This document shows, one piece after another, positions 29,804 through 38,422 of a stretch of 38,775 nucleotides of DNA. The notes beneath the pieces were generated by a model, which did no database searches, was not told the origin of the DNA, and saw nothing but the letters and a program-made list of their open reading frames with translations. Position 1 is the first letter of the stretch. Each line of letters begins with the position of its first letter. The stretch spans positions 1-38,775 of the forward strand of contig JAZFZJ010000041.1 in assembly GCA_036443915.1 (NCBI GenBank). Reading direction: 5' to 3'. Made by a program: the position numbers and the translations under genes. The stretch is from Nitrospirales bacterium. Lineage in GTDB: Bacteria; Nitrospirota; Nitrospiria; Nitrospirales; UBA8639.

Positions 29804-30418
29804 TCAGAAATGATCACCAAAGGCCATTTTTCTGGCAAATTCAAGGTCCGCAGGAGTATTAATATTTAAAAAGGATTTCCTGTTGGGATCAATATGATCA
29901 AAACATGACTCCTCAAGAATGTTCACAGAAAGTTGTTCTTCCAAGGTTAAATTTTGAATCCGAAGGTCCTCTCGATGAATCATGTTTTCAATTTTTGGCA
30001 CACAACGTTTCCCGTATCTAGCGTGAAGAGGCTGCAACCCCTTGGACAACCGCACCATCACCACATCACTCTCTAGTTGTGAACAAACCTGAGAAATAGC
30101 GTCTGACTTTAAAAATGGCATGTCACAAGCCACAACAAATACGAAAGGGTGGGTGGCTTCTACGAGCCCGGTATATAAGCCCCCTATTGACCCTTTGTCA
30201 GGAATCGTATCCGTCACCAATCGAACAGGGAGGTGGGTACAATCATAATCCCGTTCGGCGGTGACCACGAGCACTTCTTCAAAGGACAGGGACAGAATTT
30301 GGCAAACACGATCTAAAAAATTCACACCTTCCCATTTTAGGCATCGCTTATCCTCGCCCATTCGGCGGCTTTTTCCTCCACCTAACACTATTCCACTAAT
30401 TTCAGGAAATTTCCCCAT
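29804..30418 (-). CDS. mobA: Molybdenum cofactor guanylyltransferase
   Basis: VLGGGKSRRMGEDK, GSIGGL, VACDMPF, NINTPAD; start ATG 30418 or TTG 30427. Confidence 0.92.
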   Translation of the reverse strand: MGKFPEISGIVLGGGKSRRMGEDKRCLKWEGVNFLDRVCQILSLSFEEVLVVTAERDYDCTHLPVRLVTDTIPDKGSIGGLYTGLVEATHPFVFVVACDMPFLKSDAISQVCSQLESDVVMVRLSKGLQPLHARYGKRCVPKIENMIHREDLRIQNLTLEEQLSVNILEESCFDHIDPNRKSFLNINTPADLEFARKMAFGDHF

Positions 30419-30428
30419 TGGGCTCAAT

Positions 30429-30460
30429 AAAAAAAAGGGGGTGGTTACCCACCCCCTTTT
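30429..30460 (-). terminator. Intrinsic (possibly bidirectional) terminator ending the oxidase/cytochrome operon
   Basis: AAAAGGGGGTGG-TTAC-CCACCCCCTTTT perfect stem; 8-U tail on minus strand. Confidence 0.88.
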
Positions 30461-30489
30461 CTATCTCCCACTCTAAAATCGAGAGGGTC

Positions 30490-32370
30490 TTATGTATTGG
30501 CTTGTTCTTTGCGCCGATTGGACCGGCGCTTCAAAATCCAGCCTTCCACAATGACCAACCCCACCAGGGCTAAGCCCGCATAATACTTGGCTTCCGGAGG
30601 TGTTGGCGGTTCCAGCACGAGGTAGTAAAAGGCGGAAACACCCATCTTCCGACCCACGTCTCCATTGTGGCCATCCCAGACAAAGAAGTTAATGGGGATG
30701 TAACTGCCCAACTCAATGTAGGTATCTTCTTCATAGTCACCCTTGAGCGGTCGCGAGATGATCACCGTCCACCGCCCATTCTTCCATTCAGCTTTTACAA
30801 GTTTGAGCTCCTCGGAGAAATCATCTCGGTCTTCCAGGTCTTGGTCCCAGCCCGTGCCCTCATAGGCCAACAGGTTGCCATCCGCCGTCCATTTGGTGAT
30901 GTCCACCGGGTAGGTTTCATCGCCCCAGAAATATCGTGGTTTTCTTGGCGCCGGCAACTCTTGCCATTTGAGGGGCATTTGGAAAGCCACCCCATCGTTG
31001 AATACTTGGTAGCTGATTTGTTTGGCGGCAATGGAGTCCGCATGGAAGGGATCATCATCAAATTTTGACCCCCCCGACGCCTGCTCTTCTATGCCATAGT
31101 CTTCCAGATTCACTTCATAGGGCTCCCAATCCACTTCATCCTCGAGCACACTTTTCGACCGATCGTCCCATCGGAACATGAGCGTCACGTGGGTCTTATT
31201 GTACAACGATCGGACCCACACATCATCGATCCGGCTGACAAAGTTTCTAGGCTTATGGGTGATCTGACCGCCTATGGCCACAAGGCGCCGTTCCACTATC
31301 TTCCAGCGTTCATCATGCTCATCAGTGGGTAACTCTCCCTCCACGAATTTCGAGGGGATCACGAAGTTAACCTTGGGTTTGTCCGTGAGAGGATCAATTC
31401 CACGAGGTTTGGCTTCAAAAAGAGCCTTGGCGATTTCTTCGGTGACCTTTCCGCCCGCAATATCGATATCCTTTTCTCTCTCACAGAGAGAACCGACATA
31501 GTTGGCAATATGCCACCGTTCTTCAATGGTCGTGTTATCCGCAAACGACGGCATGGGGGTTCCATTGACGCCGGTCGAGAAGGTGCGGAAAATATTGTTG
31601 ACGTTGTAAGCATCTTGCCGACTTCCCCGGAAGTTCCAGCACTTATGCCAATCAGCCGGTTGAATCGGGAAACCCCAGTCATCCTTGAGGTTAAACGCAT
31701 TGCCATCGCCCCGCCCTTCCAGGCCATGGCATTCAATACATTTGTGTTCGACCACCTTTTCCGATCCCGTGAGAATAGATTCCGGTGAAGGAGGAATCGG
31801 TGTCATTGTCGCCAATTGCAATACGTTCAATTCTTCAAATTCTTCATCCTGCCAACTGCGGTCTTGGACTAATTCCGTGGTGACAAAGGCCAAGACATTC
31901 TTGCGTTGCTGTTCGCTCAGAATGCCTTCCCACGAGGGCATCGCCGAGCCCGGGAGCCCATGCGTGACCGTTTGCAGCAGGTCGAGGTCAATGAGCGGCA
32001 ATTCGCCGCTGGCCGTATGACGAATTTTGAAGGTTCCTGCGTTGAAATTCCGCGGACGCGGCCAGAGCCGATCCGCCCCCGGCCCATCCCCGGAGCCCTT
32101 CACCCCATGGCACCATACACATTTTGTAAAATAGACGCGCTTGCCCGCTTCCACTTGTTCAGCCGGAAAAGGGGGCGGTAATTTTTGGGCTGCAAACCCT
32201 TCAGCTTCTTGGGCTAGAACCGGACTGTTTAACCCTAAACCAACCATGAGGACCCCTACGGCGAGCAGGCCGGAATTCAAGCCATAACGCCAGCGGTTAC
32301 CCATTCCCTGTCTGTTCATTGGTTTCCTCTTTGTTCCTGGATTGACAGAAATTTTATGTTGAACGCTCAT
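30490..32370 (-). CDS. Diheme cytochrome c fused to EB_dh-like domain with C-terminal TM anchor (candidate alternative NXR membrane subunit)
   Basis: CVWCH and CIECH with SAMP/TPMP Met ligands; EB_dh features (FRWDDRS, DGVAFQMP, INFFVWDG...RK); C-terminal TM then basic tail. Confidence 0.88.
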   Translation of the reverse strand: MSVQHKISVNPGTKRKPMNRQGMGNRWRYGLNSGLLAVGVLMVGLGLNSPVLAQEAEGFAAQKLPPPFPAEQVEAGKRVYFTKCVWCHGVKGSGDGPGADRLWPRPRNFNAGTFKIRHTASGELPLIDLDLLQTVTHGLPGSAMPSWEGILSEQQRKNVLAFVTTELVQDRSWQDEEFEELNVLQLATMTPIPPSPESILTGSEKVVEHKCIECHGLEGRGDGNAFNLKDDWGFPIQPADWHKCWNFRGSRQDAYNVNNIFRTFSTGVNGTPMPSFADNTTIEERWHIANYVGSLCEREKDIDIAGGKVTEEIAKALFEAKPRGIDPLTDKPKVNFVIPSKFVEGELPTDEHDERWKIVERRLVAIGGQITHKPRNFVSRIDDVWVRSLYNKTHVTLMFRWDDRSKSVLEDEVDWEPYEVNLEDYGIEEQASGGSKFDDDPFHADSIAAKQISYQVFNDGVAFQMPLKWQELPAPRKPRYFWGDETYPVDITKWTADGNLLAYEGTGWDQDLEDRDDFSEELKLVKAEWKNGRWTVIISRPLKGDYEEDTYIELGSYIPINFFVWDGHNGDVGRKMGVSAFYYLVLEPPTPPEAKYYAGLALVGLVIVEGWILKRRSNRRKEQANT

Positions 32371-32385
32371 TGGCGCGGTCCTCCC

Positions 32386-33363
32386 TTAATCCCAGGTCCG
32401 CGGGTAGTAGCCCGTATGCCAGTATTCAAACATGACAACTTTCCACATTTCATCCACCGTCAGATGTTGTTCCCAGGGGGGCATAACCGAAGCCCAGGGG
32501 AACCCTTCACCCGGGAGCCCAATGCCCCCTTTCGCCACCCGCCAGAAGACGAAGGTTTCTTGTAACTGCGCAATCGTTCCCGCATCTGTGAAATTCGCGG
32601 GAATAGGGTTAAAGGCAAAGGCCCAGAGACCCCGCCCGTTTAAGTTATCTCCGTGGCAGAAGTGGCAGTTTTGGAAGAAAATCTCCCCTCCTTCACGCAC
32701 AGACTTGATATAACCCTTCGCGTTGGGGTCCCACGGATTATCCTCCGCACTCTCCACATTTTTCATCAACCGGCCCATTGATTGGTCTACGATATGGGCG
32801 TCGGTGTATTTCTGATCGTATTTGCCTTCCGAATTGACCCGATAGGGGCTTTGGGCTGTTTGCAACACATAGGTTTTGCCGTGCACTTTGGTCGTGGCCG
32901 GTGGTGCCGGATGCACCGTCCGCAGCTCAATGGGCTCAGCAAAACTGGGAAGGAGGGAATCGTAGGCAAAGCCACCAAGACCAATTGGCAACAAAATCAC
33001 AAGGGCCGTTCGGAGCACTTTCGTGAAACCTGTTTTGGCATCCAACACATTGATGATGGGCTGTTTAAATTCATCCCACTCTGGCTGCGAGCCTGACACC
33101 CACATGAAGATGCCGCAGGCCGTGACCGTCCCGTAGATAGCCCGAACACTAAAGGGAATCGGAGGGTAAATCCGGTATTTGAGGTAAGCCATGATAAAGA
33201 ACAAGACAAAAATCCCCGCCCAAAACTTTGGGACAGCCATACCAGCCCGTTTGAGCAGTACATTACAGATTGAAAAGAGTAGGATACAGAAGACTAATTC
33301 CAAGATCATCTGCATTGGCATCCAGCCCTCTACTAGTGGAAGGAAATCTTTAAGCCAGGTCAT
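32386..33363 (-). CDS. Membrane-anchored monoheme cytochrome c
   Basis: Several N-terminal TM segments; CHFCH; SVMPPW distal Met. Confidence 0.88.
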   Translation of the reverse strand: MTWLKDFLPLVEGWMPMQMILELVFCILLFSICNVLLKRAGMAVPKFWAGIFVLFFIMAYLKYRIYPPIPFSVRAIYGTVTACGIFMWVSGSQPEWDEFKQPIINVLDAKTGFTKVLRTALVILLPIGLGGFAYDSLLPSFAEPIELRTVHPAPPATTKVHGKTYVLQTAQSPYRVNSEGKYDQKYTDAHIVDQSMGRLMKNVESAEDNPWDPNAKGYIKSVREGGEIFFQNCHFCHGDNLNGRGLWAFAFNPIPANFTDAGTIAQLQETFVFWRVAKGGIGLPGEGFPWASVMPPWEQHLTVDEMWKVVMFEYWHTGYYPRTWD

Positions 33364-33407
33364 TCTTCATTACTCCTATACTCAGGGTGAACCCTTTTAA
33401 ATACCTT

Positions 33408-34721
33408 TTACTCTTCTTTAGCAGGCAATGGCTGACCTTCTTTTAACTGCGACAAGTAATCCACTATTTTATTGAGTGCCCCACCCGTTAACCGTAGGCC
33501 AAAATCCTTAGGCATTTGATTGTCTGGGAAAGGCTTTACCACGTAGGCACTCGGATTTAATATTGACTCCGTAATATACTCTTTCGTTGTTTTTGCTTTA
33601 CCAGCATACCCAGCATCTTTCATCCGTTTTGGAGCATTGGTCCCTTCCCAGAGTTCAGGCCCAAGTTTTCCGACAGCATCTTTAATCCCAGGGATCGTGT
33701 GGCAGGCCGGGCAGCCCGCACCCATAAAGAGCTTGTCATGGGGCTCACTACCATCAACCAAAATATTTCCCCCGGCCCCACCTTCCCCCTCCTCACTTGC
33801 CACTGGCCGGTCAGCCTCGGGGATAAATTTTTCGTAGGAAACCACTATTTCATCATAGGAAGGAGGTTCCATACCCTCTCTTATATACATCCAAGTATCA
33901 ACCGCGGCTAATTCCCCTAACAGAAGAGATATCGGCGGTTTGTGAATTCTTGGCATGGGGCTTACCGTATCATTCGAGCCCTTTACCCCAAAACCTTTAA
34001 CAACAAAACAACTTGGACAAGCATGCGATTCCGCCATGTACTCTTGTCCATTTGTTGCCGTTCCAGATCCTTCAAACGCCTCCTTTTGTTCCGTATTCCG
34101 AGAGGCTGGATCATTCAGATGATAAGCGGGTTCCTTCAACCGCTCTGTGGCCCGATCGGGAACTCCAAAAAGATTGGGCGCTCGTTCGCTCAAAAACCCC
34201 TTTTGAAAACCATGGCACAGAGGACATTGCCCTTTTCCAATAGCCCCTTGGGTTCTACTTTGCCCAATTCCACCAAAAATGATTTTTTCCCCTTCATCCC
34301 CCAACTGTTGAGGAGACATACTTGCAAAGTCTAACTTGACAACAGGAGGAGGAAATCCTCCTTCCACTTGAGGAAGCCAATTTCCATATCCAGACAAGGC
34401 CGCCGCCACAAAAAACATAAACCCACCAATTTTCATCAGTGCGCCGACGTTGGGAAAATACATCCCCGCGACAAAGGCCATGATGGTAATCATAACTAAT
34501 GAAATAGGGAGCATTCCGCTGTTGTTTACGAAGTTATGGGTATAGTTTGAAACAGCGATAAAGACCAAAAACATGCAAAAGATGCCGATCCCTGTTTGGA
34601 ATGTTGCCCGTTTTTTCTGCCCGGGGTCTTTAATGGTTGCCTGAAAGTAGATGAGGAGGCCGACAAGCATAAGCAAGACCGGCCAACCCATATCTAGAGC
34701 CCTTCCTAATAAATCAACCAC
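33408..34721 (-). CDS. Membrane-anchored diheme cytochrome c
   Basis: About four N-terminal TMs; CPLCH and CPACH in two related domains; GTG start after GGAGGAG. Confidence 0.88.
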   Translation of the reverse strand: MVDLLGRALDMGWPVLLMLVGLLIYFQATIKDPGQKKRATFQTGIGIFCMFLVFIAVSNYTHNFVNNSGMLPISLVMITIMAFVAGMYFPNVGALMKIGGFMFFVAAALSGYGNWLPQVEGGFPPPVVKLDFASMSPQQLGDEGEKIIFGGIGQSRTQGAIGKGQCPLCHGFQKGFLSERAPNLFGVPDRATERLKEPAYHLNDPASRNTEQKEAFEGSGTATNGQEYMAESHACPSCFVVKGFGVKGSNDTVSPMPRIHKPPISLLLGELAAVDTWMYIREGMEPPSYDEIVVSYEKFIPEADRPVASEEGEGGAGGNILVDGSEPHDKLFMGAGCPACHTIPGIKDAVGKLGPELWEGTNAPKRMKDAGYAGKAKTTKEYITESILNPSAYVVKPFPDNQMPKDFGLRLTGGALNKIVDYLSQLKEGQPLPAKEE

Positions 34722-34740
34722 AGTTCACTCCTCCAACTTG

Positions 34741-34762
34741 TGGGGCCCTCGAGAGGGCCCCA
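34741..34762. other. GC-rich intercistronic hairpin without U tail
   Basis: TGGGGCCCTC-GA-GAGGGCCCCA perfect inverted repeat. Confidence 0.75.
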
Positions 34763-34796
34763 ATATTGTTTTCCCACCTATTTTCCTAATTCAAAT

Positions 34797-36776
34797 TTAA
34801 TGACCAGTTGCAGGCTGAGGAGCTATCCCCCCAGGAACCGGTTCCGAAACCGGACCAGTGACCGGTACTTTCTTGGCACCTAAGGTCCCCAACCAAAATA
34901 CAAACATAATGGTGACCCAAAAAAACAAGACATTAAACGAAATGACGTTGGCAGCAAATCCAATGGTGTGGGTATAGGCCCATGGAGAATTATCTCGCAT
35001 AACTTCGTTCACATGCCAAAACAATCTCACCGAAGACCTAATATATCCCATTAATCCCATCATCCAGGTAAATGCCGTAGCTAACATGATCAATGCATAT
35101 TGAGAACGCGGGGCAATTTTCCCCCATTTAATTGGTCCTAGTTGCCTGGCTCCTTTTAACATAGCCAAATTTAACGGCGTCATGAAGAATAGGCAGGATA
35201 AGGTTCCAGCCACCTGCGGGACGGACAGACCAATTCGCACGTTGGCCGGAATGAAATATCCATAACAAGCGAGCCAAATATTATTTAAATGGGCGATCAC
35301 GAAAAAACATCCCATGAAAATATTCCCAAACTTTGACCAACTCACAGTTGGCACCCTATTTCCACGCTGATACCAAATAAAACTTAAAATTGTGGTCATA
35401 ATAATGGCATTAATTCCGCCATTCTTTGCCGACATCACCCCATAATTTCCTAACACCGGGTGTTGTTGTCCGCCCATGGCTTTTAGTTCAGCAGGGGACA
35501 TGACAATGGTATGGGGAGTAATAAATACCAAAAGTCCTACGACAAGGATAAACACAAGATACTTAATGTACCGTTGGAATCTTTCTGCCCCGGTCATTCG
35601 CCCTAGAGCTTGCCACAGGTAGTAATTTGTCGTGAGGAACAGAATTCCAATCATTGTGGCTTGAATGATGAACAACCAGGCTAACAACCCACCCATCAGG
35701 GTAATACCCATTTGCTGTCTATAGGCATACACCTCACGCATGAGCCAATATCCCGCAAACGGAAGGGGAATCAAAAAGGCCACACCTAAACTCATCGCAA
35801 TGTAACCCATCCAATCATAATGGGCTCGTTCCTCATCCGTCCTTGAGGACAGAAAGCGGTACGCAGCATAAGCGGCAACCACCCCGCCACCAAACGCCAT
35901 ATTCCCCAAAATTCTATGGACATTGAGGGGATTCCACAGGGCGGTGTGTATGACATGCCAAATGTTTCCAAGGTAACGGCCTTTTTCGTCAACGCCAGCC
36001 GGGGACATCATGAACGCAATCCACGAATTCGCCAACATCATCAATGTAGTTCCGATAACATTCAACACGACACACATGCTGAGGTGAAGCCACTTCATAA
36101 CTCCCTCTCGCATCTTGTCCCAACCGTAATAGTAGATATAGAGGGTTCCACTTTCCGCCACAAACATGAGGGCATAAATATGCATGACCGGCCGGAAAAT
36201 CCCGGACAAGTACCCAAAAAATGCAGGATAGAGGGTCAGGAAAGTAAAGATCAGAATCCCACCAAGGATTGCCGTCAAGGAATAGGCCGTCAAACTAATT
36301 TTTATAAAGTCATAGGCCAACTGGTCATACTTTTTGGCCATGGCCTTATCCTTCGCAATCATTCCAGCAAACTCGATACACATACAAAAGATTGGGACCG
36401 CCAACACAAAGCTTCCATAATAGAGGTGTTGTTGATTGGCAACCCAGAGAAGGACACGACTCTCAAAATTATACCGAGGATAAAACGTTTCATTATCCTC
36501 CGTCACTGGCGCTGGCATACCGACAGCAGGACCTTCCGTCTTATAATAGACATCACGCCCCATCTCAATTTTCGCTTCTTCCCCCTCGCCTTCTACTGCC
36601 TTTTGCTCTGCTACCACATCAGCCGGAGGACCACCAGCGGGAGCCCCACCACCACCAGCCAAAGCCGTTACAGATAAAAAGATGGGGAGGGTTAAAAATA
36701 CCCCCGCCATCAGTAACGCCGTTACGGCAAAGAACTTCTTTTTACCTTGGGTTATTGGAGTGAACAGGCGGCCCAT
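34797..36776 (-). CDS. Cytochrome bd-like oxidase subunit I (Nitrospira-type CydA homolog)
   Basis: CydA-like QQHLYYGSFVLAVP, FVAESGTLYIYYYGWD, NSWIAFMMSPAG, NVHRILGN, GYIRSSVRLFWHV; many TMs; AGGAGG RBS. Confidence 0.88.
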   Translation of the reverse strand: MGRLFTPITQGKKKFFAVTALLMAGVFLTLPIFLSVTALAGGGGAPAGGPPADVVAEQKAVEGEGEEAKIEMGRDVYYKTEGPAVGMPAPVTEDNETFYPRYNFESRVLLWVANQQHLYYGSFVLAVPIFCMCIEFAGMIAKDKAMAKKYDQLAYDFIKISLTAYSLTAILGGILIFTFLTLYPAFFGYLSGIFRPVMHIYALMFVAESGTLYIYYYGWDKMREGVMKWLHLSMCVVLNVIGTTLMMLANSWIAFMMSPAGVDEKGRYLGNIWHVIHTALWNPLNVHRILGNMAFGGGVVAAYAAYRFLSSRTDEERAHYDWMGYIAMSLGVAFLIPLPFAGYWLMREVYAYRQQMGITLMGGLLAWLFIIQATMIGILFLTTNYYLWQALGRMTGAERFQRYIKYLVFILVVGLLVFITPHTIVMSPAELKAMGGQQHPVLGNYGVMSAKNGGINAIIMTTILSFIWYQRGNRVPTVSWSKFGNIFMGCFFVIAHLNNIWLACYGYFIPANVRIGLSVPQVAGTLSCLFFMTPLNLAMLKGARQLGPIKWGKIAPRSQYALIMLATAFTWMMGLMGYIRSSVRLFWHVNEVMRDNSPWAYTHTIGFAANVISFNVLFFWVTIMFVFWLGTLGAKKVPVTGPVSEPVPGGIAPQPATGH

Positions 36777-36873
36777 GGACCTACCTCCTTTGAAAACGTG
36801 TTGTGTGTATAACCAATCTCAAATTTGCCCAATTATTCTCAAAAAGTTCATCAACTCTGTCTCAACAATTTTA

Positions 36874-36987
36874 CTACCGAAACATGTAAAAATAATCCAA
36901 ACCTTGGGCATCCATTAAAAGCCAATCCAAGAATTGGAAATACACAAAACAAATCACAAGAGAAATTACAACATAAAAAGCTGTCAT
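36874..36987 (-). CDS. Small single-TM protein, 37 aa (MTAFYVVISLVICFVYFQFLDWLLMDAQGLDYFYMFR)
   Basis: Read manually; AAGGAGGAG RBS just before ATG; hydrophobic helix; co-oriented upstream of the oxidase. Confidence 0.75.
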   Translation of the reverse strand: MTAFYVVISLVICFVYFQFLDWLLMDAQGLDYFYMFR

Positions 36988-37051
36988 CGCACTCCTCCTT
37001 CTGTCAGAGAAAATTTAGGGAAGAATTCTTTTAGCTGAGGAGACATGAAAA

Positions 37052-37183
37052 TTAGCAGGGACATTGAATTCCGGCGAGCCAGTAGAAAAACCATAAACTC
37101 ACTGCACAAGTCACATAGAAGATTGCTTTACCAATCTTTGTTTCTAATTCCGTCGCTTCTCTGATAGGTCCCGCCTCAGCCAT
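37052..37183 (-). CDS. Small single-TM protein, 43 aa (MAEAGPIREATELETKIGKAIFYVTCAVSLWFFYWLAGIQCPC)
   Basis: Read manually; AGAGGTG RBS; TM helix; C-terminal CPC. Confidence 0.75.
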   Translation of the reverse strand: MAEAGPIREATELETKIGKAIFYVTCAVSLWFFYWLAGIQCPC

Positions 37184-37314
37184 TTCACATCACCTCTTGG
37201 TTAGTACTTGTTTCTATTTAGATATATTTCATTAAATACATTCATTGACATATTCCGGATTTTCGTGGTATTCCAAGAATTATTGGTTCCTACAAATTTT
37301 TAGAGGTATGTCTC

Positions 37315-37419
37315 ATGCGCTCCAATGCAAAAGTGTTTGATATTGTAGTGTTGGCCGGAATGGTTGTCAATATTCTCCTGGCGGTCTTTCTCATCCTTTA
37401 CTATTTTGATTTTCTTTAA
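37315..37419 (+). CDS. Possible small single-TM protein, 34 aa (MRSNAKVFDIVVLAGMVVNILLAVFLILYYFDFL)
   Basis: AGAGGT RBS ~7 nt upstream; hydrophobic helix; upstream TTGACA at 37245. Confidence 0.5.
   Translation: MRSNAKVFDIVVLAGMVVNILLAVFLILYYFDFL
37342..37370 (-). promoter_or_regulatory. Near-consensus sigma70 promoter for the small-ORF/bd-like oxidase operon
   Basis: Minus strand TTGACA (37365-70)-17 nt-TACAAT (37342-47). Confidence 0.7.
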
Positions 37420-37426
37420 TTTTCGT

Positions 37427-38323
37427 CTACTCTCTTACCGAGGAGCTATGAGAAATTTGATCCTGATTTGAACCGGCACAGCGGAATCCAATTGTCTCAT
37501 CACGAAAGCCCGGTATGATAAAACTTCGATTGGTTATTCGCAGATCAATTCCCCTGCTCGTATACCCTCCACCCCTCATAGTTTTATATGTGGATGGTGG
37601 AGCACCCTTCGCATTCACAACCGATCTTTTATGTCGGTACGCATCTTCAACATACCAGTCCTCCACCCACTCCATCACATTTCCTGCGCCATCATAGACG
37701 CCAAAGGGGCTTTGATCCTTTGAAAAACTCCCGACGGGAGCTGTCACGTCAAAACCATCCTCGTTTCCTCCAAGGTTTGCCGGAAACCCTTCCAGCCCTT
37801 CTCCCCAGGGCCACGTACGGCCCTCAACTCCCCGCATCGCTTTTTCCCATTCTTTTTCCGTGGGCAAACGCTTTCCTTTCCATTGGCAGTAGCCTTTTGC
37901 ATCAGCCCAAGACACATAGGTGACGGGTTGATTCGCCCCTCGAAGCGCTTCAAGTTTTCTCGCATACCGGGAGGGGGGGCCAGGTTGCCGATAGCCCGTG
38001 GCGTCAACAAACTTCATGTATTGAGCATAGGTCACTTCATACTTATCAATCCAATAGGCAGGGAGGTCGGTCACATGCGCTGGCTTTTCATTGTACCCAC
38101 CTTGATCACTCCCAAGAATAAACTGCCCCGCCGGAATTTCGACCATGGCGTCTTCAATAGGAGAAACGGATGTTTGTCTAGGAGGAGTTTTAGGTATGTC
38201 TGATATAGCTGAAGAAGGTGAATCTTGTTCTGGAATGGGAGGGCCTATCAAGATACCCATGACGGGCAAGCTGGTCATGACCAGAATGGCCAAAAGAAAA
38301 ATTAGTTTAAAACGACCCTCCAT
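37427..38323 (-). CDS. Exported FGE-sulfatase (SUMF1/NirV-like) domain protein
   Basis: IPAGQFILGS, IDKYEVT, KRLPTEKEWEKA, AGNVMEW, RGGGY, GFRCA; N-terminal hydrophobic signal. Confidence 0.9.
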   Translation of the reverse strand: MEGRFKLIFLLAILVMTSLPVMGILIGPPIPEQDSPSSAISDIPKTPPRQTSVSPIEDAMVEIPAGQFILGSDQGGYNEKPAHVTDLPAYWIDKYEVTYAQYMKFVDATGYRQPGPPSRYARKLEALRGANQPVTYVSWADAKGYCQWKGKRLPTEKEWEKAMRGVEGRTWPWGEGLEGFPANLGGNEDGFDVTAPVGSFSKDQSPFGVYDGAGNVMEWVEDWYVEDAYRHKRSVVNAKGAPPSTYKTMRGGGYTSRGIDLRITNRSFIIPGFRDETIGFRCAGSNQDQISHSSSVRE

Positions 38324-38422
38324 ATCCCGAAACTTCCCTTCATATCATTCATGAACAGACTTGTATGCTTTTAAAGCACAAATCCCAAGAATGCCAAAGG
38401 CTGAGCTCTCGGTTCAATCCTT

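Noticed and set aside
35916-36677. 253-aa plus-strand ORF and other long shadow ORFs (e.g. 5328..5873, 6356..6829, 13044..13532, 17895..18356)
   Set aside because: Largely antisense to well-supported genes, with no recognisable motifs
33408-36776. Canonical cydAB or norCB assignment
   Set aside because: No cydB, no Q-loop motif and no recognisable heme-copper NorB; gene symbols withheld
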